From the NCBI GenBank assembly GCA_043228905.1, contig JBHGNT010000013.1:6386001-6450000 (forward strand): a stretch of 64,000 bases of DNA, in the 5' to 3' direction. A program made the position numbers and the translations under genes. This DNA is from Azolla caroliniana. Lineage: Eukaryota; Plantae; Polypodiophyta. The notes under the pieces are model-generated. The model ran no database searches. It was not told where the DNA came from and was given only the letters and a program-made list of their open reading frames with translations. Of the stretch, positions 25,616 to 38,937 are shown one piece after another. Position 1 is the first letter of the stretch. Every line of letters starts with the position of its first letter.

Positions 25616-27449
25616 TGTAGGGCCATTCGTAAGAAAATTTGGGCTAGTAATAGAGGGTGTGCATCAACACTTGTTTTGAATTGTCATCTATGGGCACACC
25701 AAGGTTAAGTCACTTAATTGAGCCTTTCAGACTCGATTGGAAACACATGAGTTCACCTATTATGTTTTTGACATGGATTTGACCTCATCATCTCTGCACA
25801 CACAAGAGGAACGCCACTTGCATCAATTTGTGATCTTACTCTTTGAAATTGTGCAAATAACATTGATGTTTTACTTTGAACTTGTACATTGCATCCTCCA
25901 TTTGCTTATTGGATTCTTCCTTTTGGCAAGCAACAAAGGGCTATAAATTTTGTCACTTCTCATCTTGCATGGGTAGTGACATAGTTTTTGGCTTTATTGT
26001 TCATAAGCATATTTACTTGTTACTCGCAAGATTATGATATTATGTGCGAGCTCACTTGGTTTTACTTGTAATACATTACTCTTTTGACCCAACCAATTAT
26101 ATTGGGTTGACAATTCAATATATGACGATTTTGAAAATTACGTTGATTCAAGCATCATTAATATTCAAGATAGAGGTCCACGAAAGACACTCATTTATGT
26201 TCCTTATGGTTTTTAAAATACCATTATCTTACCATAGTTACCAAATCTCAAATCACATCTCATATGTCTAGAGGAGTACAAAGATGAGATGCTTTCTTGA
26301 ATAACATTCTTACAACCAACATTTCAAGCATTCATCTTGCTTGCATATTTTTTTAATTTCCGTGTTTCCATTGCATGTAAATAGCTATTAGCATCATGGA
26401 ACAACGCTTGAGCATTGTTCAAGTGTTTTCTTCAATCAAGAACTCTTAAAAAACGAGGGGGACCTTTCATAGTCACCTTGTTGTGATGTGGCATGGCTAA
26501 AGGTAGAAAGTGGGAAAAGAGCGGAAACGTGTGGAGAAGATGGGGAGAAATTTGAAAAGGAGGGAAAAGAAAAGGGGCATGCTAGTATATATAAAATTAT
26601 GAAAACAAAGAATGAGGGAGGAGATTTTGAAATTCCTGCAGCAAATCAAGAACTATTTTATTCTCCTTTTATTTTCAAATAACGACATTTTGAGGCACCT
26701 TTTAGTTCATTTTTGGCGCTTTGGTTTTCTTCTTCCTCCTCTACTTTTTGGCAGCTCTTCTTCGTCTTCTTCATTTAGAATCTCGGCTTCAAGGAAAGGT
26801 TGAGCAAGCTCGTTCACTGATCATTCGAAGGGAGGACAGAGTGGCATTTGAACTCTATCCCGATTCATGGCATCGTAGTTGTCAGTGGTAGTTGCAACCT
26901 CGTCGGTCCACTCAACTTGCCATCATTGGAAGCTTCAACCCTTCTCTCCTATCTTTCTTTTCGTCTTCGTTACTTACTTAGTGGTTAGCGTTGCTACCAT
27001 CGTTGTATTTGTCTACTCGAACCGTTGTATACCCTAACCTAATGTTGGGAAAACAGGTCCCTCTGGATGGGAAGATTATGAGCCGAAAAGTACAGTCGAT
27101 TGATGAACTCGGCCGAGGCTGAAAATCGATTTCCGAAAAATCGACTAGCTGAAAATCAAATGATAATTGATTGGGAGGTTATATTTGTAAATAGCCATAA
27201 ATGTTGTATTTGTATATATACATCAAGGGCAATCATTATGAGTAGAGATAATCATTATAGTTGTAACAACTTATTGTGTGTAGTTGCTTTTGTAACTAGT
27301 AAGAGTGAGTGAGAGAGAGAGAGAGTAGTAACTTTGCCGCTGTCTATTAGACGAAGATGAGGTCGAGGTTCAGATCATGTTGCTCGCTCTAAATTTCAAA
27401 ATTTAGATTTTATGATATCACACCATAAACTATATTCTCAATCTTCTTT

Positions 27450-28130
27450 TCAAGTTTGGGATGACACAATGTAAGCCCCACTACTCATCTTGATCAAAAT
27501 CTAAAGCTAGATGCCGACTTAGGCACTAGAGAGTGTGAGCCGACGCACTATTGTCAACTAGTCGGAAGCCTCATCTACCTCACAATCACCCGACCCAACT
27601 TGAGTTACCCGGTCAACCTCCTCAGCCAATTCATGCAAACTCCACGAGACATCCATCTCGACTGTGTTAAGCGAGTGCTAAGGTACGTGAGTGGAACCAT
27701 GGATTTCAACATCCTCTACAAATCAAACACACCGATTCCACTCAAAGGATATACCGATGCCAATTGGGCATCTACAAAGTCGACCGACGATCGACATCTG
27801 GATTTGTTTTCTCTCTCAGTAGCGGCGCCATAACATGGAGTAGTAAGAAACAACCGACAGTCGCATTGTCGAGCACCAAAGCCGAATACAAGGGCGCGAC
27901 CGTAGCCACATGTGAAGTCATTTGCTTCAAGAGAATCTTGAAGGATCTGGGCATTCCCATCCAGGATCTGAGCATTATCCACCTCGCTCGGAACCCAGTC
28001 TTCCATGCTCGGACTAAGCACATCAAAGTGCACTATCACTTCATCGGAGAGCGTGTCCTGTCCGAGGATGTCGACTTGCAACACATCAACACAAACCTAC
28101 AGACGACGGACATATTCACCAAGTCCCTAG
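27450..28130 (+). pseudogene. Copia RT/RNase H remnant, continuing at 33510-33824 and 46001-~46132
   Basis: GYTDANW, DRRSTSG, SKKQPTVALSS, HARTKHI. PPT GAAGGGGCG and 3' LTR start at 33700; that LTR is split by the DNA transposon. Confidence 0.85.
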
Positions 28131-31100
28131 TGTTGAAGACAAGGCCGTCAATGCGGAAGATCAAGTAGCATTCGATTGGGGTTGAGTACCTGCGTATGAC
28201 AGTTTCTAAGATCGTGCACAGAGATAGAGAGGGAGAGAGAGAGGAGGCACAAGAAAACTCTTTCTATTCAATAGAAAACAATAATACAACCAACCTTACA
28301 AAAAGGTTACTAGGTCACTTTATATAGTGACAAACTTAGGGCAACTACCATTTATGCTAATTACACAAATGGCCCAAACTTGAGCTATACAAAGGGATAG
28401 TGTGAATACGTCCATTATACACTTGTATTCGACACTCCCCCGTAATGGGCGTATACATGGGTTATCTAAGATTACAGGTATAAACCTAGGTTCTCGGACA
28501 TATCAGTTTTGTTCGAGTCGGCAGGGTCCGAAGGCAGAAGGCCGGACTGGTCGGGTCGGAAGAGTTGAAGCCGATCATTAAGGAACTGATGTCGGTTGTC
28601 TGAAACCATCCTGCGCTGTGTTCGACTCTAACCGGACTGGTTTGTCGTTACGCCCATCTGATGCCGAAGGGACCGAAAGCGGTCTGCCGAAAGACACTTG
28701 GTCATTCCATCTGCGACATTGTCGGTTGTGGATATTTTCTCTAGACCGATTTTCCCTGAAATGACGCAGTCCCGAACGAAGTGATATCGAACGTCGATAT
28801 GTTTGGAGGCGTTGTGGTGAACCGGATTTTTCGACAAGGCAACAACACCTTGACTGTCGCTATAGACAACTGGGGCCGAGTCATGGTCGACTTGTCGAAA
28901 CGTGTGCGCCAGCCGGCCGAGCCACAAAGCTTCTTTTGCAGCGTCGGACGCAGCTACATATTCTGCTTCGGTCGTTGAGGTCGTTGTGCACTCCTGAAGT
29001 TTCGACTTCCACGAAATTGCTCCATTGCCGAATTTGAAGCAGTATCCAGTTGTTGATTTCCGACTATCTATACAGCCGACGAAGTCCGAGTCGGTGTAAC
29101 CGACTATGCCTGAGGTTGAGTTCGGACCGAAAAGAATGCCGTGGTCTTTTGTGCCAGCCAGATATCTGAACACATGCTTGACTGCGTTCCAATGCGATCG
29201 GCCAGGATTGTGCATAAATCTGCTAACGACTCCTACGGCATGAGAGATATCAGGCCGTGTCGCGACCATCAGGTACATAAGGGAGCCGACTGCCTGTGCA
29301 TACGGTACCGACTTCATATCTTCCCCCTCCGGACCGGATGTCGGGCAGTCTCGCTGAGAGAGCCGAAGATTCATGGGGAGCGGGGTTGAAGCAGATTTGG
29401 CTGATTGCATGTTGAAGCGTTCCAAGACACGTCCGATATAGTCGGTCTGAGACAAAAAAAGATGACGTTTATCGCGATGCCGACTAATCTTCATGCCAAG
29501 TATGTGTCGTGCCGGACCGAGGTCCTTCATGGCAAACTTCAACCGCAATTGCCGAATGAGATCGGCAAGTTCGCCCGCGTGGCGTCCAGAAATTAGCATG
29601 TCGTCCACGTAAATGATGAGGAAGATGGGTGATCTATCTTGAGCTATGTTGGTAAAAAGACAATGGTCCTCATCGCTTTTTGAGAAGCCGATCGATTGGA
29701 TGAAGTCGTCGAACTTCTTGTACCATTGTCGCGGTGCCTGTTTGAGGCCGTATAGACTCTTCCTGAGTCGGCAGACTAGATGTTCTTGGCCAGTTGCCAC
29801 GAAGCCTTTTGGCTGCTCCATATAAATTTCCTCTTCAAGATCACCATGGAGGAAGGCTGTTTTGACATCTAGCTGAATCAGCTCCAAGTTGTCGGCTGCC
29901 ACTACGCCGAGTAGAAAACGAAGGGTTGTCATTTTCACCACTGGTGAAAAAATCTCGTCAAAGTCGACGCCATATTCTTGTCGGAAGCCCTTCGCAACTA
30001 ATCTGGCCTTGTACTTTGGGATGGTCGAATCAAACGTCTCTTTTAGTCGATAAACCCACTTGCAAGGAAGAGCACGTCGATTCTTAGGTAATTCGACCAG
30101 ATCCCAAGTCTTGTTTGCCCGAATGGAGTGCATTTCCGACTCCATCGCCAGATGCCAGGTGGCTGAATCGACAGATGTCGATGCTTCTTCGTAAGACGTC
30201 AGTTCGCCGGCGTCGGTGAAGAAAATTCCAGGAGAATACCTTTCCGGAGGTTGCGACAGTCTCTTGGATCGTCGAGGTATGATTGGACTGGTCGTATCGG
30301 GTATCGAGGTCGGATGGTCCGAGAGCGAATTATTCTGCTGTGCCGAGTCAGAGTTGTCCGAGTCGGTAGTGTAAGGTTCAGCTACCCGTGAAGCTGACCG
30401 TGTGTTAAGAGCGGGGCCTTCTTGAAGGGTCGGCACATCGGAAAATGTTACCCTTCGGACTTCGATCGGTGTTTCGACTGATGGATTCATAGCCGACTCG
30501 TTGAACACAATGTCCGAACTTCGAACGATTTGTCTGCGTTCGGGGTCCCAGAGTCGGTATCCCATTTCGCCGTCTGATCCATATCCAAGGAAAATGCATT
30601 TCCTGGACCGAGGTGCAAGTTTTCGGCGATCATCTTTCGGAATAAGGGCGTACGCCTCGCATCCGAAGATCCTCAGCTTGTCGTAATTCGGCTTACTGCC
30701 GATCCATAGTTCCTGAGGAATTTGAAGTCCTAGAGGCCTGCTTGGCGACATATTGATTATGTGTACTGCCGTGAGTAGAGCCTCTGCCCAGAAGCCATCC
30801 GACAGTCCGGAGTGTTGGAGCATGGAAACTATCCGTTCTTGGATTGTCCGATTCATGCGTTCTGCAATCCCGTTTTGCTCCGGACTGTGTGGTGCCGTAA
30901 ATTCACGTCGGATGCCGCGTTGTCGGCAGAATTTGACGAATTCTTCTGATTTGAACTCTCCCCCATTGTCGGTCCGAAAGCATTTCAGTTTTCGGTCAGT
31001 TTGATTTTCTACCATAGCGAGCCAATCGGAGAAGATCGAGAAGACACGATCTTTGGTGCGAATTGGATAAGCCCACACCTTTCGAGTCGAATCGTCAATA

Positions 31101-33504
31101 AAATTGACGAAGTAAGAGGCACCGCCGAGAGACTGATGCGGCATTGGGCCACAGACGTCCGAGTGGACTAAATCAAGAGGTCTCGTTTCTCTTGGTGCTG
31201 ATGTCGGGTGTGATGCGGCTGCCTGTTTGCCATACTGGCAATGTTCGCAGAATTGATGGTCCGAGAAGGAGAGTTTAGGGATGTATCCGGCTCTAGATAG
31301 GTGCGTAATGCCGGCCTTGCTGAGGTGTCCTAATCTTCTGTGCCATAGTGATGACACAGGAATATCCACCAAAAACAGGTTACCCTCTCTGAGCGTAACA
31401 TGTAACGGATACAGTGAGTGTATCTTGGGTCCTCTAGCAAGCAGGAGGTTCCCCCTGTGGAGTGTCCACCCTCCCGAAGAAAAACTGGCACGAATGTCGT
31501 CTTCATCTAGTTGTCCGACTGAGATCAATGGCCTTGAGAGCTCGGGTACATGTCGGACATTGTGAAGTACAAGTGTAGAGCCACCTGCAAGGTTGAGCTC
31601 TACTGTGCCGATTCCAATGATGTCACAGTGTTGCGAGTTGCCGACTCGAACTGAGTCGGAGTGACGGATCATATATTGCCGAAATTGGGATCGATGAGGA
31701 GTCACGTGAAATGACGCACCCGAATCTAAGAGCCATGTGCTCGATTCTTCAGTCGTGAGCAGAACTTCTGATCCGACTGGATTTTCGATTGATAGTATAT
31801 TCGGGTCGTTTGGTAGCACATCAGCTGAGAAGCTGACGTAATTGATCTCCTCATGCCGGCCACTCTTCTTGTCTGATTTCTGAGACTTGTCGTTCTTGTT
31901 CTTGAGTGCGCGGCAGTCGGCTTTGATGTGTCCGAGTTTCTTGCAATAGTTGCAGATTCGATTATCCCGTGACTGGCTCCGTCTTCGCTGATTGTTCGGC
32001 TGCTGTGAGGAATCTCTTCCTCGTATGTTCGATCGGTTTGTCGAACCTTGTACTACATAAACGTCGTCTGTTGAGTCTTTGGCGAAAGACTTTCTCCGAG
32101 CTGCTTCGGTCAGGATTGCGCTCGTGACTGCGGAGTATTTAACAGCCGTGGTTGACGCGTTGCACACGGTTGTGACGAAAGTTTCCCATGATGAGGGAAG
32201 GCTGCTCATGAGTATCATTGCTCTGAGTTCATCCTCGATTGCCGTCCCCTGAGATGAGATTTGGGAGCTTATGCTTTCGTACTCATTGAGATGTGCTTGA
32301 ACCGAATCTGATTCTTTCATCCGCAAGTTGTAGAGGCGCCGGATCAGAAACATCTTCGTTGCAGCGACCTTCTTTTCGTAGGTGTCCGACAGTGTTTTCC
32401 ACAGTTCGAATGCTGTCGTACACGATTGCACCGTAAAGTATACCGATTCCGATAGGTGCATCCGAATCGTGGCGCGGACGATTCTGTCCAGCTTCTGCCA
32501 CTCAATTGGTTTGTATCCTTCTGGAGGTGCTTCATTTTCGATGGGATCGATTTGCCCCTTGACTATGAGATAGTCCTGCATTTGCTCCTTCCAGAAGTTG
32601 AAGTTCGATCCATCGAACTTTCGTAGACTCATTTCTGACGAGCCGGATGTTGATGTCATGACTCTGCCCTAAGTCAGCTACGAACTTTGGTGAGGTGCAG
32701 CGGTTTGGCCCACTCAGTGTCGTTCTAGCCGAAGTTGGACACAGGTGATGTTGATTACGGAGAATCGGGGATTTGGTTCGGATTGACTACCGACAACTAT
32801 CTTAGTCGAGTTGAACCTAGATTTAACGATCCGACAGTATTTCAAGCCGATTCGGTTTCGGTTGACTGCAACGGTGAGAGCAATGGAACCGACTGGTCCT
32901 TCCGATTATTGTCCAATCGAATGAAACACGAACTGGGGTTGTCCTTGAAGTCGTCGTTGTGCAGGAAGCCCACCTCAAGCAGTTACGATCAAGGAAGTAG
33001 AGTACAGCCGACTGGCTTACTCCGAGTGATGATCTAACGCAGCGAGATTCAAGCTTGTGTTTGCCTACTTTCTTCTCTGTTTCTTCGAATGACGCAAGAA
33101 ACCGAATGCTTTGCAGACTAGGATGAAGCGAAAGGCCGAATACTGTGCAGGCTGAGACGACGGCCGACAGCGGGTTGAGGGACCTCGCTCTGATACCAAA
33201 TGTTGAAGACAAGGCCGTCAATGCGGAAGATCAAGTAGCATTCGATTGGGGTTGAGTACCTGCGTATGACAGTTTCTAAGATCGTGCACAGAGATAGAGA
33301 GGGAGAGAGAGAGGAGGCACAAGAAAACTCTTTCTATTCAATAGAAAACAATAATACAACCAACCTTACAAAAAGGTTACTAGGTCACTTTATATAGTGA
33401 CAAACTTAGGGCAACTACCATTTATGCTAATTACACAAATGGCCCAAACTTGAGCTATACAAAGGGATAGTGTGAATACGTCCATTATACACTTGTATTC
33501 GACA
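28131..33504 (-). mobile_element. Intact Ty1/Copia element (Tnt1/Tork-like)
   Basis: 304-bp LTRs at 28131-28434 and 33201-33504 look identical by eye. TSD CCTAG at 28126-28130 and 33505-33509. PBS at 33187-33198, PPT at 28435-28441. Confidence 0.97.
28628..32659 (-). CDS. Copia Gag-Pol (GAG, CCHC, PR, INT, RT, RH)
   Basis: Uninterrupted 1343 aa with CNYCKKLGHIKADC, WLLDSGAS, WHRRLGH, HSDVCGP/RTDNGGEF/GIAER, YKARLVAKG, YVDD and SKHIDVRYHF. Confidence 0.96.
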   Translation of the reverse strand: MTSTSGSSEMSLRKFDGSNFNFWKEQMQDYLIVKGQIDPIENEAPPEGYKPIEWQKLDRIVRATIRMHLSESVYFTVQSCTTAFELWKTLSDTYEKKVAATKMFLIRRLYNLRMKESDSVQAHLNEYESISSQISSQGTAIEDELRAMILMSSLPSSWETFVTTVCNASTTAVKYSAVTSAILTEAARRKSFAKDSTDDVYVVQGSTNRSNIRGRDSSQQPNNQRRRSQSRDNRICNYCKKLGHIKADCRALKNKNDKSQKSDKKSGRHEEINYVSFSADVLPNDPNILSIENPVGSEVLLTTEESSTWLLDSGASFHVTPHRSQFRQYMIRHSDSVRVGNSQHCDIIGIGTVELNLAGGSTLVLHNVRHVPELSRPLISVGQLDEDDIRASFSSGGWTLHRGNLLLARGPKIHSLYPLHVTLREGNLFLVDIPVSSLWHRRLGHLSKAGITHLSRAGYIPKLSFSDHQFCEHCQYGKQAAASHPTSAPRETRPLDLVHSDVCGPMPHQSLGGASYFVNFIDDSTRKVWAYPIRTKDRVFSIFSDWLAMVENQTDRKLKCFRTDNGGEFKSEEFVKFCRQRGIRREFTAPHSPEQNGIAERMNRTIQERIVSMLQHSGLSDGFWAEALLTAVHIINMSPSRPLGLQIPQELWIGSKPNYDKLRIFGCEAYALIPKDDRRKLAPRSRKCIFLGYGSDGEMGYRLWDPERRQIVRSSDIVFNESAMNPSVETPIEVRRVTFSDVPTLQEGPALNTRSASRVAEPYTTDSDNSDSAQQNNSLSDHPTSIPDTTSPIIPRRSKRLSQPPERYSPGIFFTDAGELTSYEEASTSVDSATWHLAMESEMHSIRANKTWDLVELPKNRRALPCKWVYRLKETFDSTIPKYKARLVAKGFRQEYGVDFDEIFSPVVKMTTLRFLLGVVAADNLELIQLDVKTAFLHGDLEEEIYMEQPKGFVATGQEHLVCRLRKSLYGLKQAPRQWYKKFDDFIQSIGFSKSDEDHCLFTNIAQDRSPIFLIIYVDDMLISGRHAGELADLIRQLRLKFAMKDLGPARHILGMKISRHRDKRHLFLSQTDYIGRVLERFNMQSAKSASTPLPMNLRLSQRDCPTSGPEGEDMKSVPYAQAVGSLMYLMVATRPDISHAVGVVSRFMHNPGRSHWNAVKHVFRYLAGTKDHGILFGPNSTSGIVGYTDSDFVGCIDSRKSTTGYCFKFGNGAISWKSKLQECTTTSTTEAEYVAASDAAKEALWLGRLAHTFRQVDHDSAPVVYSDSQGVVALSKNPVHHNASKHIDVRYHFVRDCVISGKIGLEKISTTDNVADGMTKCLSADRFRSLRHQMGVTTNQSG

Positions 33505-34332
33505 CCTAGGAGTGGACAAGCTGTGGCAGTTCATGACGAATTTGGGTCTTTCGACCATCGACCAATCGAGCTTGAGAGGGAGCAAGGAGTAGGACTGAAT
33601 TGGTCATCCGAACCCACAAAGCCGGAGTCGACTCACATCCGACTTGAAGACTAGTCCAAACCAACCATCCGACGCCCGAAAATTGTGTTTGAAGGGGCGT
33701 GTTGAGAATCAAACTCAACTTCTCGGGTGTGGGAAAACACTTTAGGATACTCAAGTGTGTGAACACCCCACCTCCTTGTATAGTAACTAGTGTGTCATAG
33801 AAGTTAATGTTCTATGACACATATGGGTAGAAGCACGCTACGGTGTACCAGAAAAGTACTGTTTTTGGCCACAAAAATTGTCAGTACTTTTAGTACTGTT
33901 AGTATGAATAATTCAAAAAAAAAAAATCAGAGAAAAAGAAAATCGATTTTGGAGAGTGGGGTGACTGTAGTACAAGTGTCATTTATTGTAGAAGGAGTGG
34001 GGGGAACAGGTGAGGAGATGTTCATTCCATTTTGGGGGCTATTTTCCCCTCACGTCGATTTTGGCGCTTCCCCTCACGTCGTTTTGGCGGTTCCCCTCAT
34101 ACTCCTCTTCCTCTATCCCTCTGAGCTTTTCATCACAGATCCATGTTCAGTTTCTGATTTCCTCCAATCTAAATCTCAGACATCCATGTCTGTTTTGAGC
34201 GTTTAAGTTGAGGATTTCTGATTTTTTTAGGGTTTCTGTTTTTGTTAGGGTTTAGGTCGAGGTACAGAGACTGTTGGTAGCAGCCAATAGTGACTTCTTC
34301 GACAACGACTTTCTTACATCCATCCATTGAAG

Positions 34333-34929
34333 TTGGTGTCGTGGTGATTTGTGGCTTTTTCCACCAAATCGAGGCGGCATTGGAGGTTCCTTCCGCCAAA
34401 TCGAGGCGGCATATCCAACGCTCCGTCCACCATTGGAGGTTCCTTCCACCAAATCGAGGCGGCATATCCAACGCCCCCTCCATCCATTCGAGGTTCCTTC
34501 CATCCGTTTTTTTTATTTTCAGTACTAAAATGTTACATTTCTTCATATTTCAGTACAAAAATTTTAGAACTGACAATTGTCATATTTGATATGTAATTCT
34601 AATGTTTGAAACGAAATATCTTTCACTTTGCAGGCCACATTTAAAAACATTTGATTTGGTGTCGTGGTGATTTGTGGCTTTTTCCACCAAATCGAGGCGG
34701 CATTGGAGGTTCCTTCCACCAAATCGAGGCGGCATATCCAACGCTCCGTCCACCATTGGAGGTTCCTTTCACCAAACCGTTTTTTTTATTTTCAGTACTA
34801 AAATGTTACATTTCTTCATATTTCAGTACAAAAATTTTAGAACTGACAATTGTCATATTTGATATGTAATTCTAATGTTTGAAACGAAATATCTTTCACT
34901 TTGCAGGCCACATTTAAAAACATTTGATT
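34333..34929 (+). repeat. Tandem duplication with internal CCAAATCGAGGCGGCA/TTGGAGGTTCCTT subrepeats
   Basis: 34333-34655 is repeated, with a deletion, at 34656-34929. Each copy has a TTGCAG acceptor-like site. Confidence 0.85.
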
Positions 34930-35008
34930 GTGTTTTCTTGGTTGAGTCTATATAACATTAACTACTTTTGCAAGCCACTTAATTTTTGCGGATAAATCTA
35001 GTGACCGA

Positions 35009-38000
35009 ATGGGGGTTCCTAACGAGAGTGAGTTGTCAAGTAACTCATGCATATCTGAAAGGACTAAGAGACGAGTGGTTCTTCACATAGTCCGTTATTT
35101 GGTAGAAATAACAAAGAGATTTAGTGAAGAGGATCGTAGGGATATTATCTGTAGAGTGTTACACCATCAAAGTTTGAATGAAGACATGGAGAGAATAAAA
35201 TTTAGGGACCAATGTGTTTCAGAAGAGATTGTAGAGTCTATGAAGTCATCCCTAGACTTAGTGAAAGGTGTAGAGAGCTTAGACAAACTTGCTGCAAAGA
35301 GGGCAGCCCTACACATGGTTGTGAACGGTGCGAGAGGAAAAAAATATAGTGATACTAAAGTTGCCTTAGCCCTGGGTATTCAAAGAAGGAACTTGAGGAA
35401 ACATCGCCAAAATATACACTCAAACAAATTCAAGTGGATGGGGTTGGGACGTAGACGACGATGTGATGCCTTATCTCAAGAGATTATTGAGAAAGTGGAT
35501 TCATTTTGGGCCAAAAATACGCGTGTCTCACCAAATAAGAAGGACGTGTGTAGACAACGAATAAGTCAGGGTAAGTACCAGATTCACCCTAGACACTTCT
35601 TGGAGATGACAGAGGTATTCCATTTTTTTATATCATTTCACATTCCATAACTTTGTGTTTTGACCAACTGTATATTAATGTTTGCTATATATATTGGTTG
35701 ATGTAGGCTGAATTGTACATGAACTTTAAAGATCAACATCCAAGCTTGACTGTTGGATTCCGCAAGTTCCAAGGTTTGAAACCATTTTATGTTAGAAAAT
35801 TAAATGAGAGGAATACATGTTGTTGTGTGTACCATGTGAAGATGGACATGTTAAGGCTAGCCGTGAATGCAATGCGTACTGATTGTAAGGGTATACACGG
35901 GGAATTATGTGTCTGCACTTGTGAGATATGTAGACCAAATGGGGAGGATAATAGGTGTAATGCACGAAACATGACTTATGCATCTGTTTCTGAGCTATGG
36001 AGGTCTTGTGTTTGTGAAAAAGAACCATCATGTGAGTGGCATCGTCGTACATGTCTATTAAGAACATGTAAGGTTTGTCCGCTACCATTATTTTGTATGC
36101 AGGAGCTTGATTTGGGAAACAGTCATATCGTGAAATGGAAATATTTAGAGTATGTGACTGAAAATATTGGCAAGGGAGTTGTAACTAAGCGTATCAAGGA
36201 AGTATATAAGGAGACATGTGCTGCTACCCTTGTCTCAGAATTTAAGAAACAACTTGGGGAGTTCATTCCACATAACTTCCGGAGTTATTGGCAAAATTCA
36301 CAATTCAAGGAATGTATTAATAACTTACCAACGGGTGTCATCGTATCTGTTATTGACTTTGCAGAAAACTATACATTTAAAGTTCAGAATGAGGTTCAAT
36401 CAATGCATTGGTACAATGATCAATGTACAATACTTGTGCATATTTGCTATTGGAGGCAAGACGGTGAGTTACATAAGAAATCAATATTTTACATTTCAGA
36501 TGATAAAAAGCATGATACACTATTTGTTCAACATTGTTTTAAGCTTCACCATGCAGATTTATTTTCTCTAGGGGTAACCTTTAACCGTCATTGGGTTTGG
36601 TCTGATGGTGCTGCCTCGCAGTTTAAGGCGGCACGATCGTTCTACTTTATCGCCAGGTAATTTTTAATCCATATGTTTAGTACTTACCATGCAATGTGTA
36701 AGGAAGTAATTCTTGTGTTAGTGCATGCATACTAATTATGTTTGTAATTATTAACAAACAGTACTATTCACATGGATGCATACTAATTATGTTTGTAACT
36801 ATTCGAATCTTGCACTTGTGAATGGATGCATGCATACTAATTTTGTTTGTACTATGTTTTAATCCATGTGAAGGGTTCTCCATAGACACATTGTACTATG
36901 TTGTGTGTTGTATCTGTACTATGTTGTGTTTACAGGAGGATGTAAAGTACTCATCTTGTACTCATAGTATTGTCCGTCCTTAAGAGCATTGTACTAAGTA
37001 TGTTTTAATCCATGTGAAGGGTTCTCCATAGACACATTGTACTATGTTGTGTGTTGTATCTGTACTATGTTGTGTTTACAGGAGGATGTAAAGTACTCAT
37101 CTTGTACTCATAGTATTGTCCGTCCTTAAGAGCATTGTACTAAGTATGTTTTAATCCATGTGAAGGGTTCTCCATAGACACATTGTACTATGTTGTGTGT
37201 TGTATCTGTACTATGTTGTGTTTACAGGAGGATGTAAAGTACTCATCTTGTACTCATAGTATTGTCCGTCCTTAAGAGCATTGTACTAAGTATGTTTTAA
37301 TCCATGTGAAGGGTTCTCCATAGACACATTGTACTATACAAGAGGATGTAAAGTACTCATCTTGTACTCATAGTATAAACCATACTAAGTTAGTACTAAG
37401 TTATATCCATACTAAGTATCGATTAATCAATGTGAAGGGTTCTCCATAGACACATTGTAGTATGTTGTGTGTTGGTTCTGTACTATGTTGTGTTTACAAA
37501 AGGATGTAAAGTACTCATCTTGTACTTATAGTATTGTCCGTCCTTAAGAGAATTGTACTAATTATGTTTTAATCCATGTGAAGGGTTCTCCATAGACACA
37601 TTGTACTATACAAGAGGATGTTAAGTACTCATCTTGTACTCATAGTATAAACCAGACTAAGTTAGTACTAAGAATTGTACTAAGTATCGACTAATCAATG
37701 TGAAGGGTTCTCCATAGACACATTGTACTATGTTGTGTGTTGCTTCTGTACTATGTTGTGTTTACAAAAGGATGTAAAGTACTCATCTTGTACTTATAGT
37801 ATTGTCCGTCCTTAAGAGAATTGTACTAATTATGTTTTAATCCATGTGAAGGGTTCTCCATAGACACATTGTACTATACAAGGGGATGTAAAGTACTCAT
37901 CTTGTACTCATAGTATAAACCAGACTAAGTTAGTACTAAGTTATATCCATACTAAGTTAGTATTAAATGGATGCCAGTATTAATGGAAGTGTAGTACTCT

Positions 38001-38937
38001 CTATTGACAACATAGTACTAATTTTGTTGGAAACCTGAGTTACAAAAGCAGGTATTTCTCCTTATTCAACATTCGTATGCAATGGAATTACTTCGGGTCT
38101 GGACATGGAAAAGGAGAGCATGATGGCGCGGGGGCTGTGATCAAACGTGCCCTTACAAGTGAGCAGTTGGATAATAATGGTGCTAAGCTACAAAATGCAC
38201 ATGATGTTGTGCAGTGGCTAACATGGAAGATGTCAAATGATGGTAAGAACAGATTGTTTGTTGAAGTTCGCGCTGATGAGGTCGATAGAACTAAATCATA
38301 TGGTTGTAAAACCGTGAAAGGCACACGCAGCACCCATTGTGTGTTAGGGTTTAGCCGCAAGGACACAACACAATTGTTACTACGTAGTTTATCATGCTTT
38401 TGTTCCATGTGTATAGATGAAGCTTGGGATAAATGCATCAACCTATCAATCGTGGAGCCCTGGAAGTTGCAGAAGCTTGAGCCTGAACGACAAGATGATA
38501 TTGAAGATGATGTGCATTCAAACGATATTGTATACTACAACCAAAATCAAGACTTGGCAGTTTTATTGGAAGTTGGAGATCATTTTGCAGTGCTCAAATC
38601 TCCTCAGAATGAAGATTTAGAAGACTACTACATTGTGGTGTGCAAGCAAGGAAAGACATTATTGAAAGAAGTGGTGAGGGATGGCTGGGGCAACAATTTC
38701 AACGTTGGTGAGTCTGTCGTGTATGGAAACTATTATGCAAAGTTGCCGCAGTGCAAGAACACATATGCATTACTAAAAGAAGCACCCATCGCAATAATCT
38801 ACGCTGATGCCATTCTTGCGATCAAATTCAATATGACTCAAGCAAAGCACAAGGTTAAGGGATACAACACTGTCTACAAGGTCCCCCAAGAGGTTCATGA
38901 GCACATATTAGGGGAGGTCTCTCTATTTAATGCTTGA
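35009..38937 (+). CDS. Sola2-type DDD transposase, 3 exons (35009-35614, 35707-36656, 38052-38937; 813 aa)
   Basis: GT-AG introns join in frame (phase 0, then phase 2). Motifs IDFAENY..EVQSMHW..Q, ISDDKKHD, WSDGAASQFK and HGKGEHDGAG..KR, plus Cys-rich segments. Confidence 0.88.
36850..37960 (+). repeat. 146-bp tandem array in transposase intron 2
   Basis: AATCCATGTGAAGGGTTCTCCATAGACAC at 36861, 37007, 37153 and 37299, followed by variant units. Confidence 0.95.

Noticed and set aside
25620-27360. Possible decayed gene or TE, and an LTR-like start at 27043
   Set aside because: No recognisable motifs, termini or TSD could be established.
36850-37960. Possible CRISPR or ncRNA array
   Set aside because: The units are near-identical head-to-tail with no unique spacers, and the array lies within a GT-AG intron.
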